A stretch of 64,000 nucleotides of DNA from Podarcis gaigeae (lineage: Eukaryota). Numbering within the stretch: position 1 is the first letter of the stretch; each line of letters begins with the position of its first letter. Both the position numbers and the translations under genes were made by a program. Location of the stretch: NCBI GenBank assembly GCA_964106915.2, contig OZ066919.1; one strand, 5' to 3'. Shown piece after piece: positions 1 through 11,395 of this stretch. The notes under the pieces were generated by a model. The model did no database searches and was not told the origin of the DNA. It saw only the letters and a list, made by a program, of their open reading frames with translations.

Positions 1-440
1 AGCTTGCAGGCTAAGATGCCAACGTTCGATCTACGATGCTTGGCCTTTCGAGGATTTCCCCCTTGTAAGTTCTGAACACTGCTGAAATAAAACTTTTAAA
101 AACTGGATGAATTTATAATGCAATATTTTCTCTCTCCCCTGCCACCTGACCCGCCTTTGGCCTGTGACAATTCTTTCTCAGTTTTTGCTAACAATGCATT
201 CCAGAGAGCATGAGACGTACAACAGGAACTCAGCTGTCGAAAGGCACAGAGCTGCCTTTCTAACAAGCCTCGGTTTTCTGCCTGCCCCTCTCCGATTATA
301 TTTTTGTGCTCTCATGATTAGCTCCCGGTAGGAGCCAAGCTATGAATCTCTCCCCAGCCCTGGCTTTTTATTAGTATGGCCCATGCAGGTTTGGTGAGAT
401 GGAACAGCTATAACTCTGAGATGCTGAATAGGAAACCTTC

Positions 441-455
441 ATTTGCATGAAAATG
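441..455 (+). promoter_or_regulatory. Octamer / near Oct-Sox composite motif in a repeat-free block
   Basis: ATTTGCATGAAAATG: a perfect octamer, one mismatch from ATTTGCATGACAATG. Confidence 0.3.
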
Positions 456-2680
456 AGGACGCCCTGCTGGCCACCGTGCCTGGATCAACTAATAAATATT
501 TGCAGCATTTTGTTCTCATTAAATATATGCAGACACGAGAAGCACAAACAATGTCTCCTTCTGGCACGCAGCCTCGGCGGAAGGCCTGGGGAAGGACACT
601 GTGCAACCAAGGAAAAGCTCTTCAGGAATAATTTAGAAGAAACAAAAATCCATTAGCTGGGCTGAGAGGAGTCAACCCACAACCCACAGAAACAGCTTTG
701 CCTAGTTTGGCTTTCAACCCCATCAGTCAGTGACAGCCCCACGTGCATTTGCTAGAACATGCCTACAAGATGTGGCTTTTGATATGGCATTGCAGACATG
801 GCTCTCAGATAAATTTATGGTGTCTCACTGAGTGCCAAAGTGGTTATGCAAACAGACTTTGCATCCCTTGAAAATGCAGGGCAGTGACCTCAGATCTGAA
901 AGGCTTCTGGCTCACACAGTAAGATCAGATGCTTGTAGCTGGATCGCTTTCTCCCTTTGCACTCTCGCTGTGGTCTCCTGTGGCTTGATCCTGTGAGCTG
1001 CTGCACTGAAGTAGATCTGACTCATGAGAGCTTGAGCTGTGATCCTGTTGTGGTTTGTGTTGTATTGTGGACAAATAAAAAAAGGGTTCAACCTTACTTG
1101 GATAGCACATTCATTTTCCCCTACCATGAAAATAGATACGGAAGATTATAGAAAATAGATTATGGAAAACGATATGTTATCCTGTTGGTTAAGATTAAAA
1201 ATAGCAAACACATTCTCTGAGTACTTATGCTTATGCAGGCAGCATGGCCCCTTCCACACACAAGAGGGAGGTGTCATCAGCCTTAGAGAACTCCCCAATC
1301 TTTGCAGAAGCGCATATCATGTTTAGGGGGAAATAATGTGGGGAGTGGGCAGCCCGAAACAGCCCAATGCAGACTGAGTGTGCTCTGTGGCCATGGAGTG
1401 CTGACTGACTGTTGGAAGGGGAATAGAAAACCAGGAGGTGGGGGATATAACAGAACATCCTGGAATTGGACATGGCTAGCTGGATGAAACCCTGAGCAGA
1501 AGTACTCTATACTGCAGGACTCTGTTGCAGGTCCCACTTATATTTCATAAACTACCAATAAAATGGCATATTATGATGTCCACTAAAGACTCCAGGAAGT
1601 CTGAAAATGCTACAGAGACAGATCTGGTTGGTAGTACTTTTTCCACTCTGCGCTCCAGTAATTACTTGTCAGTTTTCAGATTTGAATAGACACTGGCCAT
1701 ATTCATTCTTCCTCATTAGCGGCTTGGCTCTTCACAATGACTAATCATTGATGAGCAATCAAGATTATGTAGAAATGCAGCTTACACCTACGTCCTAGGA
1801 TGGATGTTGAGACAAGTATTCTGCCTGTGTGGATGTGTGGAATAAGAGTGAGTCTGGCTGACAAGGGGCAAGAAATTTGAGTTTTTGCAGCTGGCTAGGG
1901 AAAAAGGCAAGCTGGGAAGGCTGCTGTTACTTCCAAGGACAAATGCTGTTTCATTGTAAGTGCTTCCTTTCTGTGTGCCAACCTGCACCTTGGTTTCATT
2001 GCTAGATTAATCAATTAAAATTTTACTTGATCAATCCATGGAAGCCATTTTTAGTCAGTGGGGACACATTTTAATCAATAAGGTCATTTCCTGCACTGGC
2101 TCAAGAAGTCACATCCAAATGTTGTATTAATATTCAATGTATCCCTCAATTATGAAAGAATTCAATGACAACTTATTATGCAACTAATATTCTTTAATAG
2201 GTTGACAGTCCTACAAAAGTGGGAAATGGATTAAAACGTACTCATCCCTATGCAGAATCTGGGAATGGCATGATGAATGTCTACCAGTGGCTGCTTATCT
2301 TTATATGAGTGTCTCATAACGTTGCACATATCCCTTAAGAGGGCCCAAGTAAATGTTGCAGACAGGCAAAAGGTCAACAGGGGCGGAATATAGTGAACAG
2401 TATTCTTTACACTCAAGTCAATCTCAGTGTGGTAGCTGTCATCTAGGTTGATGCATCTATAAGCTATGAATGCATGAGTCTTTAAAAATGGATGTGGAAA
2501 GCCTGACTCTGTTGCTGGGCAGTAAGAGATTCATATGCATCCTCGCAAATACCTTGCACGGTGCAGCCCATTCTTCATGGGAGCTTTACCTAGAAGGCAG
2601 TGCACTGTTCACATTTCTTTCGGTGACAGACTGTGCTTTGGGGATATGGACACACATAGCTTTTCAAGGCACATCCGTCA

Positions 2681-2710
2681 GCACACACACACACACATGC
2701 ACACACACAC
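2681..2710. repeat. (CA)n microsatellite, interrupted
   Basis: Direct reading. Confidence 0.9.
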
Positions 2711-3964
2711 TTTCTTTTCTTTAATAGCTTTTAATAATTAAGTCTAGCTGAGAAGCTTTGATTGCATTATACACTTAGTGGGTTAATTAGAAACCTCTAA
2801 ATAAGTTGCAAACTGGTTCCTCCGGACTCGGCCCATTGGTCATTCCCCCAGCTAAAATGCTTGATTCTCTGGAGGGCTCGGGTTTGAGAATTGAATGGAA
2901 GTAATTGCTACCAATAAGTAAGACTACAAAGTTAAGTAATTTAATTTTGCCCCCTCCCTCTTCCCCAAACCCCCAGGAACAGCTGTGTAACACTATCAAT
3001 AAAAATCCCTTTAAAAGGTTAAGTGGGTGTTCTATTGGAAATGCTTAGAATCAGGGGAAATCCAGTAAAGATGTTTAGCAGAGTGATAAGGTTCTCATTG
3101 AATGAATGTTCTCCCTCACCCATCAAAGTCTTCTTTGTGATTGCTTGCATGTCTTCCATGTATACCCATGCAGCTAACTTTTCCTTCTTGGAGGGCTCTG
3201 CTTCCTCCCAAGAATGCTCGTCTCCCCTATTTGTATTATTGGCAGCACAAGAAGAGATATTTGCAAAGCAATGGGAGGTGGCTGGCTTTGGAGCCTGTCC
3301 TACTCATTGCTTATGATGATTAGCTAGTCAACTGAGATCTCACAAGGTTCTGCAGCATTTGTGAGATCTTGGCAGCTCCAATCTTGGGAGACCTGGGATT
3401 CTGGGTTTCCCTGGAGTCAGGGCATTCAAATGGGAGCAACAGCACCAGGTGGGAAGTTGTGTCATGGAAAGCCAGGACAAACCACCAAGCGGAGCAAGGA
3501 GCTAGGTAGCAATCACAACTCTCCCCTCCCCTGTTATTGCTCCCATTTTAACCAACATTATAGCAGTCAATTTCGGGGGGCGGGGGGCAGGGAATCAAAG
3601 TTGTGGCCATTTAGCTCCAGCACTCCTTAGCTGCCACATAGAAGATGCACATGAGAAAAAACTCCTCAACTCACTTCTCCACCTTGAAACCAGCAATGCT
3701 TTTGGCTCAATCTCCTTATCAATGAAGCATGCTCAAAGATTGGCTTTTATTAACTGACTCCTTGCTAGAGCTTTCTGCAAGTCCTGCTGAGCTGCAGGCA
3801 GTTTAAAGTTCCTTTAACTGTCAAGCTTATTGCGCCTACCTCTATGATCACAACTGCCTGCCAAGTTGCTTCTTTTAAATTGGCCACCTGTAATGAAGCC
3901 TGGGAGTTTAGTTGCCTTTCGTGCAGGGGATGTTTTCTTTTAAAAGGTAATCAGTTGTTGTTTT

Positions 3965-4130
3965 TACATGTGTATCTTTCACTTCCTTCATAGAGCTCAG
4001 AGTGGTGTTTTAGCTTCACAGCACCCCCTGAGATAGACAAGCTGAGAGATAGAGAGCTGCATAGCAAGAAGTCCTACTAAGATTAATAACTTGACAGGGG
4101 TTGCATCTGGGTCTCCCAATCTATGCTCAA
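3965..4130 (-). mobile_element. Degraded MIR/Squam3-like SINE
   Basis: Weak similarity to 56455-56682 (GAGCTCAGAGTGG, TCACAGCACCCCCTGAGATAG, GCTGAGAGA). Confidence 0.4.
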
Positions 4131-5136
4131 CATCTTAGCAGAATTCAAGTCAGTCCACTATCCATCCAGGTAACTGAACCTTTTTTTTTTTGCCAATTGT
4201 GTCAGGGTATTTTGCAGTTGATGGGCATTGATGTCCTAGCCTCAGCTCCCCCAGTGAATTGTATTATTGATAATACCTCATGAAGCCAATGCAGAGTACA
4301 GGGCAGGAATCATCACTCTTGCTCTGGATGGTTTAACACGTTCACCTTTCTCCATGCTCCCCACACTTCTGTTGGCACCTTGTGAAAGCTTTCACAAAAA
4401 GCTTTTCACTTTTCCATTCTATATTGGCTCTCTCTTAAGTCCCAAACTACCTACCATTTCATAATCACTCTACAATGCATCCAACTGCTCGCTCTCTCTG
4501 CTATCAATAACATCTGCTCTTGCTTAATTGTATCAGAACACCTGACAAATACTCCATTTCCTCAATCTCTCCTAATATTCCATTCCTAAGCCATGCTTGA
4601 ACTCTCCTTATTACATAGTAGGGACTGTTCCTTCCAGGCACTGCAGGAGATAATAAAAAAAATGAAGCGCTTGTAGTATTTTCATGCTGTTAAGCCCAAC
4701 ATGTTATTTTAGGCCAGGGTTTCTTAAAATTGGATGGCAGGTCCCCAAACTGCAACAATGAAAACAACAGCAATTGTTGCGTGTTGAGGTCCCCAATCCA
4801 CCCCCCAAAATAACTCACAACGGACACGTAATTTTTGTTTAAGATTTTTGGCATGATTTTGGCCACAACTTTATTAAAATACAAACTGTGAGTGGTTGTT
4901 TAGGCATTGGTTAAGACTATCTGTCCCCCCGCCTGGGGACAGAACTGACTTCCGGGCACCACCGAAAGACAGTGCGGGGGAAAGCAAGTCGGGGAAGAAT
5001 TGGAGCTGAGATACAGACCCTCAACTCTCACCCGCCTGCTCCCCGAAGGCTTGCCGGCCCTAGTCCCATTCCAGGGATTGGACGAAAAGATGGCAAGCCC
5101 CAGGATTCCTTTAACGGAATTCCCTTTCCGCAGCAA

Positions 5137-5208
5137 CCATGGAGGGGCAGGCCCAGCCTATCCTGAACCCCTCCATGGAGGGGTAGGCCCAGCCTATCCT
5201 AAACCCCT
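5137..5208. repeat. 36-bp tandem duplication inside copy A
   Basis: CCATGGAGGGG(C/T)AGGCCCAGCCTATCCT(G/A)AACCCCT x2 with 2 mismatches. Confidence 0.95.
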
Positions 5209-5271
5209 CCTCCACCAGATTTATAACCAATGCCTAACCACAACCTTACAAGTTGTGACGATTTGCTACGC

Positions 5272-5324
5272 AGTAGGCAAAAACCACCCAGCCAGCCAAT
5301 TTGCCAGGTGGAAAAATTCCTACC
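5272..5324 (-). ncRNA. Predicted ENE-like RNA element (U-rich internal loop between two helices), copy A
   Basis: Minus-strand RNA GGUAGG-AAUUUUU-CCACCUGGC-(AAAUUGGCUG)-GCUGGGUGG-UUUUUG-CCUACU. The layout matches the KSHV PAN ENE. Confidence 0.55.
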
Positions 5325-5653
5325 AGGCCCCTGCTCAAAGGCAGACAACCCCATGACAGGCATAGCAAGGTCAATGCAACAACCCCTTATTCTAGGGCGG
5401 GTGGGCGGGTGATCCGTTGCACGCAGCAAAAGAGAAAGTACAAGGCTGCGTGCAGAGTATTTAAACCTTTTACCCCTCCCACCAAAATTGCAACATAACT
5501 TTTGCCCCAGCAACTCGGCAATCCAATCAATGCCCCCTAGCCATCTTGGAGAACTTACCCAGCAACAAAGGGGTGGCTCAGTAGACCCCACCGCAACACG
5601 TGCTCTCCCTGAAGGAGAACACGCTTTGTCCTATATCTGCTGCATACAAAGAT

Positions 5654-5669
5654 CCAGCAGATGGCAGCA
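5654..5669 (+). promoter_or_regulatory. Candidate CTCF site
   Basis: CCAGCAGATGGCAGCA fits the CTCF core consensus CCASYAGRKGGCRS. Motif match only. Confidence 0.45.
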
Positions 5670-6825
5670 TGGAATGTTTTTGTGTGTTATATATTCCATT
5701 TTGTAAATAGATTTGATGCAGTGTTCAAAAGCATTTTCCTGAAATACAGCACTTTATCCAGAAGAAAGCTGAAAGTAAGCACAGATATCCTGATATCTTA
5801 TAGTTTTAAGTGACTTGGTTAAACATAAGGTGATCTAGTCCCATTGGAGTAAACTCCAATAGTTTTTGGCAAACACTGGGGTTTCCTTGCAATGGAAATT
5901 AGCTTTAAGTCCTTATAATTATATATGGATTACTATCTATGGGTTGGGCATGAGATAGATGGGTGGATGTGCTGCAGTTGGTGGACATCTGGCCCATAGG
6001 TCTTTAAAAGGATATTTCCCCCTTTGTTGTTTGGATTCAATGTCTGTGATACCAAACGCATCCCTATGCCATGTGATTTCTTTTTGTAGAAGCTGTAATA
6101 TCACTACTTTTTTGATAAGATTAGGGATATGGCTGGTATTTTGCTGGGTTCTAGACAAGGGGAAACTAGCATTTCCATGCGAAGGCAGTTGGGGTCCCTG
6201 TGCATCAGCCCTCATTGAAATCTTGCCACTTGCTATCCTTCATCACACAGAAAACACTAATAGTATTGCCGTGTCTCCACTTGCTCTTGCTTGTGAGATA
6301 TTAATGTGAAAGATAATATATTGGCCAGAATCAATACTTTTCCTGACTTAGTAAAGATCACCATCCATCAGTCCCTTCTTTCATTTGATAAAATCCTCTT
6401 ATGTCACTTTTACTTAGACTGATGAGATCACAGTGGCCCTTTTGTTTCATGATCAATGGAGCCAAGATGAAATATTGTCCTATAAATTAGCACCTCTGGA
6501 TCAAGACTATGAGATTCCCCCAATGGCTGCCAAGAGGACTCACCAAACATCATAATAAAGCACAGCACAGTCTAATGAGTTAATTAATTTAGAGCTGGAA
6601 TTTGCTGCACTAACACATGCTGGGAATTAGCAATATAATATCCAAACAATATACCATGAACTCTGTTTGGTGGTTCCTCAAGAATCTTGAGTCAAGATGT
6701 ACAGACTTTAGTCCAAATTATTCCTACACACAGAGGTCAACTAAATATGATGATGATGAAACACAGGTTACCAAATCAGTTTGTTTTCTCTCTCTTATAA
6801 TATGAAGGTAAAACCTAGAAGGCAT

Positions 6826-7662
6826 TTGCGTGGGCAGGCGGAGTCCCCCAAACCCTGGGTGGCCCCCGTGTGGAATAACGACACAATACAATGTGCTATG
6901 GGATTGAAATTGACCACACCTTTATTATGTTTCAGATGTGGGTAGATCTTGGCTCAGGCATTGGACGTTCATCCCTCCCAGTCCCCCGCCGGGGACCTGG
7001 GGAACATCAGGATTATTCAGTTTGTGGGGGGGATGGGCTGGCTCTGGAGAACATATGTTCAAGCAGAGAGAGCCCGCCCCCATTACGCCGTCATCACAGG
7101 GGAGAGCAATGACAACCTCTAGGTGTACGGCCAAAGCCTCCCCTCAAACAACCCCTTTAACAGGGAACCCTGGTATCGCCGCCACAAAGAGGAGGGGGGG
7201 CATGGGTCATTGCTGCATGCCCCCCCCCATTTAGGGAAGATAAACTAAAGGATTCTGCCCAAGGCCTGATACCACCAAAGTTGTGACGTTTTGCTATGGG
7301 AAAGGCAAACCTGCCAATGCAGGAAAATTCCATTCCGGCTCTTCAACAGCGACCTTGACCTAGCAGCGCCCGCGTACCTGTGGAGAAAAGGTTAACCTGC
7401 AAAAGAAGCCTTAACTGAGGGTGGGTAGGGTGGGAGAAGCTCTGGAGCCAACTGACAATTCCCAGGTAAGATCCTCCGCCTATTGTGTGGGCAGGTGTTC
7501 CCTCCCCCTACCTGGCCTGATCACCTTGGCAACGCCTCCACAGGTGGGATTGGGCAACTGGCTGAGGTAGGTGGAGACCTCCAGGTATCCCACCTGGGGA
7601 AGGCGAAGCCAAGCCTGTGCTAATGGTGCCTCATAGGGTCCAGGGGGCTGCGTGCGACCCCC
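6826..7662 (-). mobile_element. GC-rich LTR-like non-coding retroelement unit, copy B (diverged relative of copy A)
   Basis: Shares with copy A, in the same order: TTGCGTG end, CCACA(A/C)CTTTATT poly(A) signal block (AATAAA on minus at 6921-6926), AGGCATTGG, GTCCCC-CGCC-GGGGAC hairpin, CCTTTAAC, AAGTTGTGACG.TTTGCTA, AGGCAAA...GGAAAATTCC and GGGYGGG tracts. Right boundary approximate. Confidence 0.65.
7299..7336 (-). ncRNA. Predicted ENE-like RNA element, copy B
   Basis: Minus-strand RNA GGAAUGG-AAUUUU-CCUGC-(AUUG)-GCAGG-UUUG-CCUUUCC. The stem sequences differ from copy A but pairing is kept. Confidence 0.5.
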
Positions 7663-10600
7663 ATTTAATGTGGGGAGTGGTCATTGTAGCAGATATCTGT
7701 GGGGCGCTTAACCCACTAATTCTTTCTTGCAAAACTCACCCCAAATTTCTTTGCACTGATTACCCCTCAGTCAGACTCTGAAACTAGAAGTGAGTTCAGT
7801 TGGGGGGGGGGGGGAAGGAATTGTATTGGAGAGCAGATGGGGAGAAAATAATTGCAAGAAATAATTGACAGATCTGGAGGAGTTGAGTCACTGCCATCCA
7901 CTCAGAAGTGCTCTTGCCCAATCAACATGCAGTTAAGACTATGTTTTTGCTGAGCAAATGTCTAGTTTAAGTTTCAGTGCATTCCATAGCACATCCCACC
8001 AAAGGATATATTGGAAGCCAAAGAAGAGAAAGATGCTGCCTCTCAGCAGTGAATCGGGTGGGGGGTAGTGTTGCAGACACATGATGCTTCCACATACCAG
8101 CCCCAGCACTGTCCCTTCCTGTCCCTCTTGCTCAGTCCCTGAAGCACCCACCCTCCTGCCCTTGAATGGCAGTAGAGGTAAGAGGGGAAGATTTTTTTGT
8201 CTGTAGTCTTGTTGGCCATGGGAAACTTGGGTCCCCTTCCCACACTCTATTCTTTATATGGGGGAAGGCAGAGTAGTATGAGAGTGGTGAGCCCCCTGAG
8301 ACACCCATAGCATAGCTCTTGATGGGGAGGCTGCTGGCTGCCTCCCACCTCTGCCAGAACCTGCACAGTTTGAAATGGCTGCAGATCTCATTTAATAAAA
8401 TGGTGGCCCTAGTTATTCATTATCCATCTCTCTCCTCTTTCTTCTGGATATGGGAACAGTAGGGATCCTTCCAAAATCTGATTGGATATTTCCACCTGAT
8501 ATTACCTGCTCTTGATTCTCAGATTTGTGATGGCTTCTCGCCAAAATTATGCTAAAACAAATATTTCCGGGTAAATATGATCTGAATAGTTTCTATACAA
8601 GTGTGGCTGAACCCACATCCTTTGATGACTTCTCTAGAACAACTCTGGTTCATAGTGGGATTGTGTGTGTGTTATGGAAAACTGGAACTTGAACAAACTC
8701 TGCAGAATCAAAACCCAGGATTTAAATTTGGACTGCATTAGCACAAACAGCTGTAATCAAATGATTTTATATACAGTTACAACTGTAGTCACATATGTTT
8801 GGTCTGATTTTCAGAATTTTTTTCTGTGCAAAAATGCTAGCAATGAGCTAGTCTGGTATTTTCTAAAGTTTCCTAAAGTTCTGTACAAGTTTCATACTTT
8901 TAAAGTTACAGATAATTTCAGTGCAGCTAGCAGACACACACTTACACACCCACGTTGTGAGCTATTTGGTGAGAAGTAGTTATTGTGCATACAACAAATG
9001 CCAGAGGAAATTACAGAGCTCCTTCTTTTAAACATAGAAAATAACCTCAATCTCTTGAAGTGAGAAAGCAATAAATACAATGTGGCCCATAAAGTTGTAC
9101 ACCATAGGGTAAAGTACATCCTGAGAATAGATACCAATGGATGGATGCTGCTGTTTTCTAGCTAATATGCCCCTGTTGCATCATTTGCTGTTCAGTGACA
9201 TTGAAGTATCTTGAAACAACCAGCCTGGATTGAATGATGAATGATGCAGCGCAGCTCGAAGGTTCAGCTCTTTCTTTTTTTAGCCTGGCAATTTGGCAGG
9301 GATTTGTTCCAAACAAGTTTACCGCTGTTCCCAAAGTGCACCTGTCAGGGTTCAAGGTAAACAAAACTTTGCTGTTGATTCTTTTTGTACATAAACCACA
9401 GGACTTCACCTTCTTTCTGGCTACATAGCTGCCACTTCACTGTAGCAGAGGGCTAAGAGCTACAGAAACTTTGGTACCAAGAACTTTGAGCAAGGGTGCC
9501 CATGTAGCCAGGCATCCCAGCATGGAATGTTTGTCCCATCCCTGTCACTGCCCACACTGTGCCCTCCCTATCTGAGCTGCTGCCGCTGCCACAGATTGTG
9601 TGCCCAAATAAATCTAGGGACCCTATTCTTCAAGCATTACCAGAGCCCGTCACAGGGAAATATGCAACTGCTCCACTTCCATAATCAGGACTTTGTGTTC
9701 CTCGGCTGACAGCAAAGGAGGAGGTAAATAGCTGCTTATTGCTTGGCTTCTCATTCCTCTGAAAAAGAGATAGCGGTGAAGTGATGAGTTACACACCTGT
9801 CTTATTGAAGGTGAGAGCTTGTAGTGTGATTCTAACATTTTCTCCCTTTCTTATTCTGAAGGTTATTCTTGCAACTTTAATTGAGATGATATATTAATAG
9901 CTGAAATATCTTTCACATTTTTCAGTGGATTTTCCAGAGCCTATCATTATTAATGTGTCAACAGGTCTTCTCTTTCTCTTCAGCTCCAGATGGTGGCCTG
10001 AGGTATTTTTATTTTTATTACTTTAAAATTAGGTTGTTCATAAAATAATTATTATTAATAATAATGTTGACTCTTCCGTTAACACCACTGCTTCAAATAA
10101 ACTCAGCACCTTTCTTCCAATGTTGTTAATAAGGTAGCAGTGAAACTATAAGAATGAGGGGGCGGGCAGAATGCCTTGGTCTGTGTTGTCAGAATAAAGA
10201 AGGAGGTATCATACCCCCACCCAACTTTTTTATCCAAACTATTCTGGACTCATTGCCTCTTTACCCATACACAATGAAGTCAGGTTTAGATTAGGGATGT
10301 GTGATGGATTTCATTTCTGTGAATTCTGATGCAAACTACCATGATCCACTGATGTGCAGATTGAAACAAAATTATAATTTGGATTTTGAACATCTCCAAA
10401 TTGTGTGGTGCAATGCTTGGCTAAAGAATATATGTGCCAAAATGCATGCTTTAGGATACAACCTGTTTTAAAAGGTTTACACTGAGATAATGTGTACATT
10501 CCTTTAGTAGTGCACCTGGTGCCATTCTAGTACAGGCAACTCCCCATTCAAGTGGGGGTTACATTCCAGGTCTCCACACGCATAAACAAAACTCACATAA

Positions 10601-10901
10601 GTGGAGAGCTTGCTGCAGTACATATAGCTTCCTGCCCAACAGCTGCTAAGTGGGGTAGTACAGCAGTAGCAAGAGCTTCCACATGCCATTTTGGAGCACT
10701 TGTTGTTTTGGCTCACTGCTGTTCCCTTCGGGCTCTGGGGAGGGTCTCCTTGTGAGCCACAAGACTTTCCAGCTCTCTCCCACCATTTCAGGTTAGAACT
10801 GAATTATTTATTTATTCCCCAGTGCCACACATATACACGGTCACCTGCGAGTCAATAGCATATAAATTGTGGGTGCCTTCTAGGAAATTATGAGTGTCTT
10901 T

Positions 10902-11330
10902 TAGGGATGGATGAATCTGTCAACTTTGGACAAATTAGAAACAGGGAGAAATACCAATCTTAAATTCAGTTTACCACATTTCTACATCACATTGTGATTT
11001 TTTAAAAAAATCATCATTTTTAATTCATCAGCATTGTAGTGCATATTCTAATATACTCAATTTAAATGTAACTTTGCCTATTCTATACATTTTTGCAAGC
11101 AGCATTTTAATGTATTTTTAATGAATTGACACAGTTTTATGCACTGTTTCTCCCAACGTTCCCATTTTTGTACATATGCTTTAGTTGGAAAGCTGTTCTG
11201 CAAAAATTTGGAGAAGTGTGAATTTTCAGGAAGGCCATAACACCAAGTGCCTTTCTGGTCTCAGGTCTTGATCTTGGTGAGTAAATGCATTCATGAATAG
11301 GTCAAAATGCTGCTTATTTTGAATTTTCTT
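10902..11330. mobile_element. Old AT-rich non-autonomous DNA-transposon-like repeat
   Basis: Starts TAGGGATGGATGAATCTGTC and is colinear with 46835-47222. A related fragment lies at about 10292-10490. Confidence 0.5.
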
Positions 11331-11395
11331 CAGCCATAACAAGAAGCTACATCATGGACTACCATGTCCTCCAGGATTTGAGATCTCACCTAGAT

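Larger units (their letters stand above)
4777..5598 (-). mobile_element. GC-rich LTR-like non-coding retroelement unit, copy A (Ngaro/DIRS-type repeat or ERV/Gypsy solo LTR; family uncertain)
   Basis: CpG/GC-rich island in an AT-rich background. Minus-strand order: CCAAT box (5523-5527), TATA-like TTTAAATA (5458-5465), AATAAA (4870-4875). The left terminus TTGCGTG is shared with copy B. Ends resemble TGTTG...CAACA. No clean TSD. Motif order is colinear with 6826-7662. Confidence 0.7.

Noticed and set aside
5000-5356. 118-aa ORF with repeated HGG(A/V)GPAYP(E/K)PL
   Set aside because: The repeat comes from the 36-bp DNA duplication, the ORF is antisense to the element's promoter/poly(A) polarity, and it is not conserved in copy B.
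4777-7662. Single provirus with two LTRs
   Set aside because: The two units are far too diverged, the spacer has no PBS, PPT or coding remnants, and there is no shared TSD.
9984-10002. 19-nt plus-strand microexon (TTCAG|...GAG|GTATTT)
   Set aside because: Weak donor, not frame-preserving, no other support.
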